Assembly: GCA_965649225.1 (NCBI GenBank)
Contig: CBFGJX010000006.1
Span: 44,129-108,128 of the forward strand
Source: a candidate division WOR-3 bacterium
GTDB taxonomy: Bacteria > Hydrothermota > Tepidihabitantia > Tepidihabitantales > Tepidihabitantaceae
DNA length: 64,000 nucleotides
Reading direction: 5' to 3'
The position numbers were made by a program, and so were the translations under genes. Positions 1 to 8,760 of this stretch are shown here, in pieces (position 1 is the stretch's first letter; the number at the start of each line of letters is the position of its first letter). The notes under the pieces are model-generated. The model saw only the letters and a list, made by a program, of their open reading frames with translations, had not been told where the DNA came from and searched no databases.

Positions 1-354
1 CGGCATCCTGACACCCCGGCGCCGGAAGAGTTTTTGCACCCGGGCAAGGGTCGGCCGGTGGACAACAACCGGCCGTTCCAGTGCTGCCGCCACCGCATCA
101 ACCGTCCGGTCGTCATCGGTCGGCCCGAGCCCGCCGGAAACAATCACCACCTGCGAACGCCCCAGTGCCGCCTTCAACTCCGCCCCGATTGCCTTGTAGT
201 CGTCGGGCAGATGTGTCGTCCGTCGCAGCCGTAGCCCTCGTTCGGCCAGAACTCGACCGACGAAAGCACTGTTGGTATCGGCGGTACGCCCATTCAGGAG
301 CTCATCGCCGACTGCCAGCATTTCAACCGGCGGCGACTTCCGACTCTCAGGCAT
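1..354 (-). CDS. cinA: CinA-family competence/damage-inducible protein, N-terminal molybdopterin-binding domain (runs off left edge)
   Basis: Manual translation from ATG 354: MPESRKSPPVEMLAVGDELLNGRTADTNSAF...VIVSGGLGPTDDDRT. The GDELL-G-x3-DTN and GGLGPT-DD motifs are present. Follows pgpA with an 8-nt overlap. Confidence 0.88.
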   Translation of the reverse strand, partial: MPESRKSPPVEMLAVGDELLNGRTADTNSAFVGRVLAERGLRLRRTTHLPDDYKAIGAELKAALGRSQVVIVSGGLGPTDDDRTVDAVAAALERPVVVHRPTLARVQKLFRRRGVRMP

Positions 355-886
355 ATCGCAACAACGGCACCAGCGCCAGCGCCAGGCGCAGAGTCAGATT
401 GGCACAGACCCCGGCAAGCAGGTCATCGGTCATCACACCCCAGCCACCGGGCAGACGCTGTGACCGGTCAACAAACGGCAGCTTGACGACGTCAAAAAAC
501 CGCCAGATGAGGAAACCGGCACCGAGTCCCCAGAGCGATACCGGGTTAAAAAGGAAGGTCACCAGCGTGCCCACCACTTCGTCCAGCGTGACCGGGTGTG
601 GGTCCCGGCCCCAGAAACCCTCAAGATAGCCGGCGATTGGCACGCCGGCAAAAAACAGCCCGACAATCAGGGCTGTCGCCAGCAGTGGTTGCCGGGCAAG
701 AAAGTAGCCGGGCACGAGCATCAACAGACTGGTGAAACTTGCCGGAGCAAAAGGGAAGAAACCACTGCCCAGCGCAGTCCCGATGGCAGCGGCAAAGACA
801 AAGCGCGCCCCCCGGGCGCGGGGGCGCGGCGCCTTGTCGATGGAATCGTTTAACGACGGCGTTTGCTCGGGAAGCGCTGCTCCCAT
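347..886 (-). CDS. pgpA: phosphatidylglycerophosphatase A (start uncertain)
   Basis: G-x-G-x2-P-x-AP-x-S/T, DPHPVTLDEVVG, RFFDVVK and GGWGVMTDD motifs; pgpA-cinA synteny. Confidence 0.88.
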   Translation of the reverse strand: MGAALPEQTPSLNDSIDKAPRPRARGARFVFAAAIGTALGSGFFPFAPASFTSLLMLVPGYFLARQPLLATALIVGLFFAGVPIAGYLEGFWGRDPHPVTLDEVVGTLVTFLFNPVSLWGLGAGFLIWRFFDVVKLPFVDRSQRLPGGWGVMTDDLLAGVCANLTLRLALALVPLLRYA

Positions 887-1752
887 TCGACAACAAAATT
901 GGCCACGACAAAAACCGATGAATAGGTACCAATCAACAGCCCGACGGTAAGCACCAGGGCGAAATCCTTGATGCTCGCGGCACCAAAGACCAGCAGGGCA
1001 ACCGAAACGAACAAGGTTGTTGCGGCGGTAATCACCGTTCGGCTGAGCGTCTGATTGATTGCCGCGTTGCAGACATCGGCAAACGATTCCTTGCGCATCT
1101 TGCGGACATCCTCGCGGATACGGTCGGAAACGACGATCGAGTCATTTACCGAGTAACCGATCACGGTCAACACTGCAGCAATCAAGGTCGTCGTCACCTC
1201 GCGCCCAAGCGCCGAGACAACCCCCAGGGTGATGGTCGTGTCGTGAATCAATGCCAGCACCGCGCCGAGCCCGAATCGGAAATCGAACCGGAAACTGACA
1301 TATATCAGGATACCGACGATGCCCAGCAGAATCGCCAGCAGCACCTTGCCCTGCAGTTCCCGCGAAACCTGCGGGCCGACCGTATCTTCACTCAGAATCT
1401 CAAACCGATTGTCGGGAAACGACTCGGCAAGCTGACGGGAAAGGACTGTCGAGAATGACTCGTTACCGCTGAACTCCCGGGCGGCTACCCGGATAATAAA
1501 GTCACCCCGCTCATCGCGTTGCAGGCCGGCATTGGCCTCGCCAATGCGGGCCAGCGCTGCCCGCATTGCCTCGGTCGTTACCGGCTTCTCAAAACGCAGT
1601 TGAATGATTGAACCGCCGGTGAAGTCAACTCCATAATTGAATCCGCGCAGGATTATCAGCCCGAGACTGACCACAACCAGTGCCGCTGATAGTACGAAAA
1701 AGATCCGCCGCTTGCTGACGAAACGAATCTTGGTATCGCCAAACAGTCGCAT
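850..1752 (-). CDS. secF: protein translocase subunit SecF
   Basis: GVDFTGGS, VGPQVS, GYSVNDSIVVSDRIRE, QTLSRT and GTYSS motifs. Confidence 0.97.
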   Translation of the reverse strand: MRLFGDTKIRFVSKRRIFFVLSAALVVVSLGLIILRGFNYGVDFTGGSIIQLRFEKPVTTEAMRAALARIGEANAGLQRDERGDFIIRVAAREFSGNESFSTVLSRQLAESFPDNRFEILSEDTVGPQVSRELQGKVLLAILLGIVGILIYVSFRFDFRFGLGAVLALIHDTTITLGVVSALGREVTTTLIAAVLTVIGYSVNDSIVVSDRIREDVRKMRKESFADVCNAAINQTLSRTVITAATTLFVSVALLVFGAASIKDFALVLTVGLLIGTYSSVFVVANFVVEWEQRFPSKRRR

Positions 1753-1753
1753 C

Positions 1754-3433
1754 TTATATCCTCAGCTTCCTGACCTCAAAGCGAGCTAGCCACCAGTCGA
1801 ACACCCAGCGGGTCATGAACACAGCGGTGATAACGTTGATCACCAGACCGGCAACGAGCGTGATTGCAAAGCCGCGAATCGGCCCTGAGCCGACAAAGTA
1901 GAGCGCAATCGCGGTAATCACGGTCGTCGCGTTCGCATCGATGATCGTTACCAGCGCCCGGTCATAGCCGGCGTCCACCGCCGCCATGACGGTCTTGCCC
2001 CAGCGTAGTTCTTCTCTTATCCGTTCAAACACCAGCACGTTGGCATCTACCGCCATGCCGACAGTCAAAGCGATGCCGGCCAGTCCGGGCAGGGTCAGCG
2101 TCGCCCGCAGCCCGGAGAGCACTGCCAGCAGGAAAAGCAGATTGAACACCAGGGCGGCATCTGCCAGGAGTCCGCCGGTTGAATAGTAGACGAGCATGAA
2201 TAGCAGCACGGCAACCGCGCCGATAATGATTGCAATGATGCCGCGCCGGATTGAATCGCTGCCCAGCGTCGCGTCAACCGAACGTTCCTCGACGATCTTC
2301 ACCGGCGCCGGCAGCGCCCCGGAGCGCAGAACGATCGCGAGGTCACGGGCCTCGTCCGGGTTCACTTCATTGGTTGTAATCATCGCGTTGCCGTCCGGAA
2401 TGCGCGTCTGTATCACCGGGGCCGACTTCACGACGCCATCAAGCACGATCGCCAGCCGCCGGCCGATATTACGGCCGGTGACCTGGGCGAATGTTGCGGC
2501 ATCCTTGCGGCCAAGCTTGAGGCTGACGATCCAGGTGTTTGACAACCCCGGTTCCGACCCCTGATACGGCGCCGGACGGGCGTCCTTGATTGCCGAACCA
2601 AGCATCTCCGGCTCTGCCTTCAACACGTAGAGCCGACGCACTGTTCGATTCTCATGCCGTTCCGCCGGCCCGAAAAGCAGCTCAAAACCCTCGGGCCAGA
2701 ATTGACGCGACCGTTCATAAAGCCGCCGGAACTCCGGCAGATCAGCCTCTTCAACCCCGAAGTCTCCCCCGACCGTCTGAATGTAGGAGAGGAAACTGCC
2801 GGCTTCAGCCGAGTCACCGATCGCTGCCGGTCCGGTATCGCTGGTCACAGGCCTAGCCAGCGAATCGCCCGACGTAGCCGCCCCGTCGCCGGCACCACTC
2901 TTCAGCCGTTCATCGATAGTCTTGAAGACATCGTAGGCGACCCGCTCTTCAGCGACCAGTTGAAACTTCAGCTGCGCGGTCTGACCAATCAGCGCCTTTG
3001 CCCGCTCGCGATCAACCCCGGGCAGCTGAATCAATATCCGGTCCTGGCCGGTCTTCTGAATCACCGGCTCGAACACTCCGAACTCGTCAATACGGTTGCG
3101 GATAACTTCGAGAGCACGGTCACCGGCATCGCGGGCGTCATCACCACTGAGCCCGGTTTTGTCGACCTCCAGTACCAGATGCATGCCGCCGACAAGGTCA
3201 AGTCCGAGATGCAGCGCCCGTTTATGTACCGCCGCCTTCTGATTCTCAAGTCGTGCCATCTCGGCCAGAACCTCGGCACTGTCGCTGCGACTGGTGGCAC
3301 GGCCGAGTTTGGCCACCAGTGCCTGCTCCTGTTTGGGAAGCTGGAAATAGAGTCGGTAAGTGGGAACGAGCGCCCAGACCGCCAGCACCAGCGCCACGGC
3401 AATCACCGCGAACTTTACTCGTGCGCCTCTCAA
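1754..3433 (-). CDS. secD: protein translocase subunit SecD
   Basis: LGLDLVGG, RNRIDEFGV, LRSGALPAP and GMAVDANVLVFERIREE motifs. Confidence 0.97.
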   Translation of the reverse strand: MRGARVKFAVIAVALVLAVWALVPTYRLYFQLPKQEQALVAKLGRATSRSDSAEVLAEMARLENQKAAVHKRALHLGLDLVGGMHLVLEVDKTGLSGDDARDAGDRALEVIRNRIDEFGVFEPVIQKTGQDRILIQLPGVDRERAKALIGQTAQLKFQLVAEERVAYDVFKTIDERLKSGAGDGAATSGDSLARPVTSDTGPAAIGDSAEAGSFLSYIQTVGGDFGVEEADLPEFRRLYERSRQFWPEGFELLFGPAERHENRTVRRLYVLKAEPEMLGSAIKDARPAPYQGSEPGLSNTWIVSLKLGRKDAATFAQVTGRNIGRRLAIVLDGVVKSAPVIQTRIPDGNAMITTNEVNPDEARDLAIVLRSGALPAPVKIVEERSVDATLGSDSIRRGIIAIIIGAVAVLLFMLVYYSTGGLLADAALVFNLLFLLAVLSGLRATLTLPGLAGIALTVGMAVDANVLVFERIREELRWGKTVMAAVDAGYDRALVTIIDANATTVITAIALYFVGSGPIRGFAITLVAGLVINVITAVFMTRWVFDWWLARFEVRKLRI

Positions 3434-4146
3434 GAATAAACCTCCATTATCCGTTTCATTTCGGCTACCGCCGCCGTCAATCCGACATAGACCGACCGCG
3501 CGACGATCGCAAAACCGATACTGTAACCATCAGCAAAACCTGCCGCAAGAATCGGCACGACGTTACGATAGTTCAGGCCGTGGCCGACAAAAACCTCAAG
3601 TCCCTTTTCGCGGGCGACAGTTGCCGCCTCAACCAACCGATTGAGCTCGCCGGCAGAGTTACGTCCGGCCCGGCTGTAACGGTCGGTGTTGAGCTCGACA
3701 CCGGTGGCACCGCAATCGGCCGCAGCAGCAACCTGCCGACCGACCGGATCGACAAAAACCGCCACCCTGCTGCCGCTCCGGCGCAGACGGCCAACCACTG
3801 TTCGCAGCCCGGCGCCGGCAGCAACAACATCCAGCCCGCCGGTAGTCGTTACCTCAGTACGTACCTCCGGTACCAGTGTTACGGCATCGGGCCGGATCCG
3901 GGCCATCAGGCGAACCATCGCTTCGGTTGCCGCCATCTCCACCGTCAGTTCCGTCGTTACCGTCCGGCGCAGCAGTTCGACATCCCGATCGTTGATGTGA
4001 CGCCGGTCGGCACGAAGATGGACCGTTATGCCGTCAGCCCCGCCCAGTTCAACAAAAGCCGCCGCCTGCACCGGGTCGGGAAAAGCCTCCCGGCGCGCCT
4101 GGCGCAAGGTTGCAACATGGTCAATATTGACCGAAAGGTGGGGCAC
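3430..4146 (-). CDS. pdxJ: pyridoxine 5'-phosphate synthase
   Basis: LSVNIDHVATLRQAR, HLRADRRHI, TTTGGLD and GHGLNY motifs. Start set at GTG 4146 because the upstream ATG lies inside the -10 box. Confidence 0.95.
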   Translation of the reverse strand: MPHLSVNIDHVATLRQARREAFPDPVQAAAFVELGGADGITVHLRADRRHINDRDVELLRRTVTTELTVEMAATEAMVRLMARIRPDAVTLVPEVRTEVTTTGGLDVVAAGAGLRTVVGRLRRSGSRVAVFVDPVGRQVAAAADCGATGVELNTDRYSRAGRNSAGELNRLVEAATVAREKGLEVFVGHGLNYRNVVPILAAGFADGYSIGFAIVARSVYVGLTAAVAEMKRIMEVYS

Positions 4147-4156
4147 AATGAAGCGC

Positions 4157-4185
4157 ATTCTAGAAGCGTTCAGCGTAAAAGTCAA
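4157..4185 (-). promoter_or_regulatory. sigma70-type promoter of the pdxJ-secDF operon
   Basis: TTGACT-N17-TAGAAT, 10 nt before GTG. Confidence 0.65.
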
Positions 4186-4209
4186 GGCAGAGCGCCGGCG
4201 GAGTCGGGA

Positions 4210-4238
4210 TTGCAGTCGCAGTTTCAGGCAGTTATAAT
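4210..4238 (+). promoter_or_regulatory. sigma70-type promoter of the DUF4438 gene
   Basis: TTGCAG-N17-TATAAT; AAAGGAG SD before ATG 4264. Confidence 0.6.
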
Positions 4239-4263
4239 TCCTTTTACCCGAAAGGAGCCTGCG

Positions 4264-5169
4264 ATGCTGCGCACCAACTCCGACCGTGTCGTCAAGCTGT
4301 CAGTCCAGGGCCGGGTATCTTACCCCTCGGGTCGCCGCGGCTATGCGGTTGACGCCGAAGGCCGGCCGTTCATGCTGCCCGGCATCGGCGGCATCTGCTA
4401 CAACGTCCGCGTCGGCGACCCGGCCTTCGGCTGGGCCGGTGACCACATCGAACCCGGAGTCTCCACCTGTGTTGACCCGGAAAAGCGAATGGACCCGGCC
4501 AACACCTCCTACCACTTCTATTCCTGCGTCGGCAACGAAGTGCGGGTCGTCTCCGGCGATGCCAAGGGCGCCCGCGGCGTCGTTACCGGCCACCACGGCG
4601 GGGCCGAACACGTACTGGTGGACTTTCCGCCCGCAGTCCTGAACAAGCTGACCCTCGACGACAAGTTTCTGGTGATGGCCTGGGGTCAGGGATTGAAACT
4701 GCTCGACTACCCCGATGTTCACGTCACCAATCTCGATCCGGACCTGCTCCAGAAAATGGGCATCCGGCCCCTCAAAGACGGCCGACTGCAGGTACCGGTT
4801 GCCGCAGTCATACCCGGTTATCTGATGGGGTCGGGCGTCGGCTCGACCTCCATGGGCACCGGTGATTACGATGTGATGACCACCGACCGCGCCGAGATTG
4901 CCCGGCTCGGCCTCGATCGCCTCCGTTTCGGCGATTTCGTCGCCATCACCGACCACGACAATATCTACGGCCGCAGCTGGCGCAAGGGGGCTGTAACCAT
5001 CGGCATCGTCATTCACTCCGACTGTCTCGTCGCCGGTCACGGGCCGGGCATCACGACGCTGTTATCATCGTCCCGCCCCCTGCTGGTGCCGCAACTCGAC
5101 CGTCGGGCCAACATTGCCGACATACTGCACATCGGCACCGGTCGGACAAAAAAGGCTGCTCGCCGGTGA
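4264..5169 (+). CDS. DUF4438-family protein
   Basis: MLRTNSDRVVKLSVQG start, PGIGGICYNVRVGD, GDHIEPGVS, CVGN, GHHGG and HSDC-x2-AGHGPG motifs; SD supports ATG 4264 rather than 3253. Confidence 0.8.
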   Translation: MLRTNSDRVVKLSVQGRVSYPSGRRGYAVDAEGRPFMLPGIGGICYNVRVGDPAFGWAGDHIEPGVSTCVDPEKRMDPANTSYHFYSCVGNEVRVVSGDAKGARGVVTGHHGGAEHVLVDFPPAVLNKLTLDDKFLVMAWGQGLKLLDYPDVHVTNLDPDLLQKMGIRPLKDGRLQVPVAAVIPGYLMGSGVGSTSMGTGDYDVMTTDRAEIARLGLDRLRFGDFVAITDHDNIYGRSWRKGAVTIGIVIHSDCLVAGHGPGITTLLSSSRPLLVPQLDRRANIADILHIGTGRTKKAARR

Positions 5170-5174
5170 CCGCC

Positions 5175-5202
5175 TTGACCGCCGAAGCCGCCAAAGTATC
5201 AT
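5175..5202 (+). promoter_or_regulatory. promoter, probably leaderless transcript
   Basis: TTGACC-N16-TATCAT, then 7 nt to GTG 5210; no SD. Confidence 0.6.
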
Positions 5203-5209
5203 TATTGTT

Positions 5210-5665
5210 GTGATTCAAGGAGTTCGACTCAAGGCTCTCTGCCGCATCCCTGACGAACGCGGGATGGTAATGGAGATTCTCCGTGCTGACGACGAGCTGT
5301 TTGAAAAATTCGGCCAGGTTTACCTCTCGCTGGTCTATCCCGGAGTCGTCAAAGGCTGGCATGCCCACCGCATCCAGACCGACAATTTCGCTATCATCCG
5401 GGGTATGGCCAAGGTCGTCCTCTACGATGGCCGTGCCGACTCGCCCACCCGCGGCGAAGTAATGGAACTGTTTCTCGGCGAGCAGAATCCTCAGCTCGTC
5501 CAGATTCCCCCCGGTGTCATCCACGGCATGAAGGGTATCGGCACCAAGACCGCCTGGATGTTGAACATTCCGACCGAACCCTACAATCACCAGTCGCCGG
5601 ATGAAGTCCGCCGGCCGCCTGACGACCCGGCGATCCCCTACGACTGGCGGCTCAAACAACGGTGA
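5210..5665 (+). CDS. RmlC-like cupin (dTDP-4-dehydrorhamnose 3,5-epimerase family)
   Basis: IQGVRLK...[21 protein letters not shown] and IPPGVIHG motifs. Confidence 0.85.
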   Translation: MIQGVRLKALCRIPDERGMVMEILRADDELFEKFGQVYLSLVYPGVVKGWHAHRIQTDNFAIIRGMAKVVLYDGRADSPTRGEVMELFLGEQNPQLVQIPPGVIHGMKGIGTKTAWMLNIPTEPYNHQSPDEVRRPPDDPAIPYDWRLKQR

Positions 5666-6924
5666 AAAAGACCTCCCCGACTGCCCGCCGTGCCGGCGGC
5701 TTTGCCACCGTCGATGCCGCCGTCGCCGACATTCGCGCCGGGCGACTGGTTATTGTCACCGACGACGAAGCGCGCGAAAACGAGGGCGACCTCGTCTGCG
5801 CGGCGGCGAAAATCACCCCCGACAAGGTCAACTTCATGACCCGCTACGGCCGCGGTCTGGTCTGCGTTGCGCTCACCCCGGAACGATGCGCTGCCCTGCG
5901 CCTGACGCCCCAGAGCGAAGGCAACACCGCTCTGCACGGCACCGCCTTCACCGTCTCGGTTGACGCCATCCGCGGCACGACAACCGGCATCTCCGCCCGC
6001 GACCGGGCAATCACCATCAAGGCGCTGGTCGATCCCCGCACCCGTCCCGACGACCTCGCCCGTCCCGGCCACGTCTTCCCGCTGGTTGCTGCCGACGGCG
6101 GGGTACTGGTACGCGCCGGCCACACCGAGGCCGCGGTTGACCTGGCCCGTCTGGCCGGCCTGGAGCCGGCCGGTGTGTTGTGTGAAATCATGGCTGACGA
6201 CGGTTCAATGGCCCGCCTGCCCGAGCTGCGACGGCTGGCCCGCCGGTTCCAGCTCAAGATTGTCACCATCCGCGACCTGATTGCCGCCCGCCGCCGCAGT
6301 GAACTGCTGGTACGGCGCATCGTTGAAACCAACCTGCCGACCAAGTACGGTGAGTTCCGCTGTATCGTCTATGAAGAAGTCGCCGAACCCTATGCCCATC
6401 TCGCACTGGTGCGCGGCGAAGTCCGCGGCCGGGAACGGGTCCTGGTACGGGTTCATTCCCAGTGTCTTACCGGCGACGTGCTGCACTCCCTGCGCTGCGA
6501 CTGCGGCGCCCAGCTCGACCAGGCGCTACGACTGATTGCCCGTGAAGGCCGGGGCGTACTGCTTTACATGCGTCAGGAAGGTCGCGGCATCGGCATCGCC
6601 AACAAACTGCGCGCCTACGCCCTGCAGGACCGCGGGCTCGACACTGTCCAGGCCAATCTGGCGCTGGGCTTCGCCCCCGACCTGCGCGACTACGGCATCG
6701 GTGCCCAGATTCTCGCCGACCTCGGGCTGACCAGCATCCGGCTGCTGACCAACAACCCGCGCAAGATTGTCGGGCTGCGCGGCTTCGGGCTTGAAGTCGT
6801 CGAGCGCGTACCGATCGTCGTCCGACCCGGGCGACGCAACATCCGCTATCTGGTGACCAAGCGCGACCGGCTCGGCCACCTGCTGGGCGATATTGAGAAA
6901 GGAGTCACCATTGGAGACAGCTGA
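5662..6924 (+). CDS. ribBA: bifunctional DHBP synthase / GTP cyclohydrolase II
   Basis: [30 protein letters not shown]5-RCDC, QEGRGIG and LLTNNP motifs. Confidence 0.97.
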   Translation: MKKTSPTARRAGGFATVDAAVADIRAGRLVIVTDDEARENEGDLVCAAAKITPDKVNFMTRYGRGLVCVALTPERCAALRLTPQSEGNTALHGTAFTVSVDAIRGTTTGISARDRAITIKALVDPRTRPDDLARPGHVFPLVAADGGVLVRAGHTEAAVDLARLAGLEPAGVLCEIMADDGSMARLPELRRLARRFQLKIVTIRDLIAARRRSELLVRRIVETNLPTKYGEFRCIVYEEVAEPYAHLALVRGEVRGRERVLVRVHSQCLTGDVLHSLRCDCGAQLDQALRLIAREGRGVLLYMRQEGRGIGIANKLRAYALQDRGLDTVQANLALGFAPDLRDYGIGAQILADLGLTSIRLLTNNPRKIVGLRGFGLEVVERVPIVVRPGRRNIRYLVTKRDRLGHLLGDIEKGVTIGDS

Positions 6925-7375
6925 ATACAAAGGCAAACTCGACGCCACCGGCAAACGATTCGCACTGGTGGTGGCCCGCTTCAACGAACTGGTCAGCCGC
7001 CAGTTGCGCGACGGTGCGCTGGACTGTCTGGAACGTCACAATGCCCGCAGCGCCGCGGTCTGGTGGGTAGCCGGTGCCTGGGAGATTGCACCGGTTGCGC
7101 TTCGGCTCGCCCGTTCCGGCCGGTTCGATGCAATAATTGCGCTGGGCGCCGTCATTCGCGGTGACACTCCGCATGCCGAGTACATCTCCACCGAAGTCGC
7201 CAAAGGCCTGGCCCACGTCTGGCTGGAAACCGGCGTCCCGGCCGCCTTCGGCATCATCACCGCTGACACACTCGAGCAGGCGCTGGAACGAGCCGGCGCC
7301 AAGGCCGGCAACAAGGGCTGGACCGCCGCCCAGTCGGCGATCGAGATGGTCAGCCTGGCGGGAGAAATCGGCTAG
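6911..7375 (+). CDS. ribH: 6,7-dimethyl-8-ribityllumazine synthase
   Basis: [19 protein letters not shown] and AGNKG motifs; TTG start after AAAGGAG. Confidence 0.95.
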   Translation: METAEYKGKLDATGKRFALVVARFNELVSRQLRDGALDCLERHNARSAAVWWVAGAWEIAPVALRLARSGRFDAIIALGAVIRGDTPHAEYISTEVAKGLAHVWLETGVPAAFGIITADTLEQALERAGAKAGNKGWTAAQSAIEMVSLAGEIG

Positions 7376-7385
7376 CAGCATAACG

Positions 7386-7817
7386 ATGACCAGTCGGCGC
7401 ATAGCGCGCGAATGTGCGCTTGAAACCCTCTACCGGCATGAACTGGTCGGCGACGACCCCGATGCGGTCATGGACGAAATCCTCAGTCGCAAGAACCCCT
7501 CACGCGAAGCCGAAGATTACCTGCGCCGGATTGTCAACGCGGTCCTCGACAACCAGCCGGCGATCGATTCCCTGCTCCGGCGTCATCTGCGCCGCTGGCG
7601 GCTGGAGCGGCTGACCGCGCTCGACCGCGCCACGCTGCGAATTGCCGCGGCCGAGCTGTCGCTGTTTGACGACGTGCCGCCGCTGGTGATCATCAACGAG
7701 GCGGTTGAAATCGCCAAAAAGTTCGGCGATGACAATGCCGGTCGGTTTGTCAACGGCGTTCTCGACAGTGTCTATCGCGAAACCCGGCCCGATTCAAAAC
7801 TGGAGACTAACCCCTGA
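7386..7817 (+). CDS. nusB: transcription antitermination factor NusB
   Basis: RRIARE, WRLERL-x2-LDR, INEAVEIAKKFG and FVNGVLD motifs; ribH-nusB synteny. Confidence 0.95.
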   Translation: MTSRRIARECALETLYRHELVGDDPDAVMDEILSRKNPSREAEDYLRRIVNAVLDNQPAIDSLLRRHLRRWRLERLTALDRATLRIAAAELSLFDDVPPLVIINEAVEIAKKFGDDNAGRFVNGVLDSVYRETRPDSKLETNP

Positions 7818-8542
7818 GATTCGGCATCTTTTCTGACGTTCACGGCAACCTCGAAGCACTGCTGGTCGTGCTCGACTTTCTGCGCCAAAACGACTGCTCG
7901 CGACTGGTCTGCTGCGGCGACATTGTCGGCTACGGTCCCGACCCGGCGGCCTGCATCGAATCTCTGCGGGCCAGCCGCGTCAGTGTTGTCTGTGGCAATC
8001 ACGACGCCGCCGCCGTCGGCCGGAAATCCACCGACGACTTCAGCACTGCCGCTGCCCAGGCGATAGTCTGGACGCGCGGCGTACTCCGTGACGACGATGT
8101 CCTGTTTCTGGAAAACCTGCCGCTGACTGAACGACTCAATCCGTTCCTGTTCGTCCACGGCGCACCCGGCGAGCCCGAGGCGTTCGACTACATCCTTTCG
8201 GTCCGGGACGCTCAGGATGCGCTCGAAGACTGCACCGACCGGCTCTGCATTGTCGGTCACACCCACCAGCCGCTGGTAGTCGAGCTTGTCAACGGCGAAC
8301 CACTGCAGATTCTCCGTCCCGACCGCTTCATTGTTCGCGACAACGCCCGCTATCTGGTCAATGTCGGCAGCGTCGGTCAGCCGCGCGACGGCGACCCGCG
8401 GGCCTGCTGTGCAATCTACGACACCGCCAGCGGCGAGTTCTCGTTTCACCGGCTGCCCTACGACATCACGGCAGTACAAAGCCGCATCCGGTCCGCTGGC
8501 CTGCCGGAGTTTCTTGCTGCCCGCCTCGCTTCCGGCTGCTGA
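7814..8542 (+). CDS. calcineurin-like metallophosphoesterase (probable CTG start)
   Basis: FSDVHGN, GDIVGYGP, GNHD, HG, GHTH and NVGSVGQPRDGD motifs. The first motif lies upstream of the first GTG (7868), and there is an in-frame TAA at 7808. Confidence 0.88.
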   Translation: MRFGIFSDVHGNLEALLVVLDFLRQNDCSRLVCCGDIVGYGPDPAACIESLRASRVSVVCGNHDAAAVGRKSTDDFSTAAAQAIVWTRGVLRDDDVLFLENLPLTERLNPFLFVHGAPGEPEAFDYILSVRDAQDALEDCTDRLCIVGHTHQPLVVELVNGEPLQILRPDRFIVRDNARYLVNVGSVGQPRDGDPRACCAIYDTASGEFSFHRLPYDITAVQSRIRSAGLPEFLAARLASGC

Positions 8543-8715
8543 CCAGAAAATCAGCCCAGACCTGCAACCCGGCTTACGGTCTGGCCTGCTTTTTCCGGCT
8601 GAACACTGCCGGCCAGTCCCGATGACCTAGAGCTGACCTGTCGCCCGCCACACAACCACAGGTCAGACTCTCCGGCCAGCATCGTCGTTGACGCCTTGCC
8701 GTCCAAAACTGAAAA

Positions 8716-8743
8716 AGAAGGGCGGAGCTGCCTCCGCCCTTCT
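8716..8743 (-). terminator. rho-independent terminator of the S8 peptidase gene
   Basis: 12-bp perfect inverted repeat AGAAGGGCGGAG/CTCCGCCCTTCT, followed by a T-run on the minus strand. Confidence 0.8.
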
Positions 8744-8760
8744 CAAGCAGTTGAGCCGGT

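Noticed and set aside
3253..4263. 638-aa ORF extension upstream of DUF4438
   Set aside because: It is the antisense shadow of pdxJ and secD; the promoter and SD support ATG 4264.
8537..8600. Cys-TGA at the end of the metallophosphoesterase as a second Sec site
   Set aside because: The protein is complete at LAARLASGC, readthrough adds only ~19 non-conserved-looking residues, and the downstream hairpin is long and terminator-like rather than SECIS-like.
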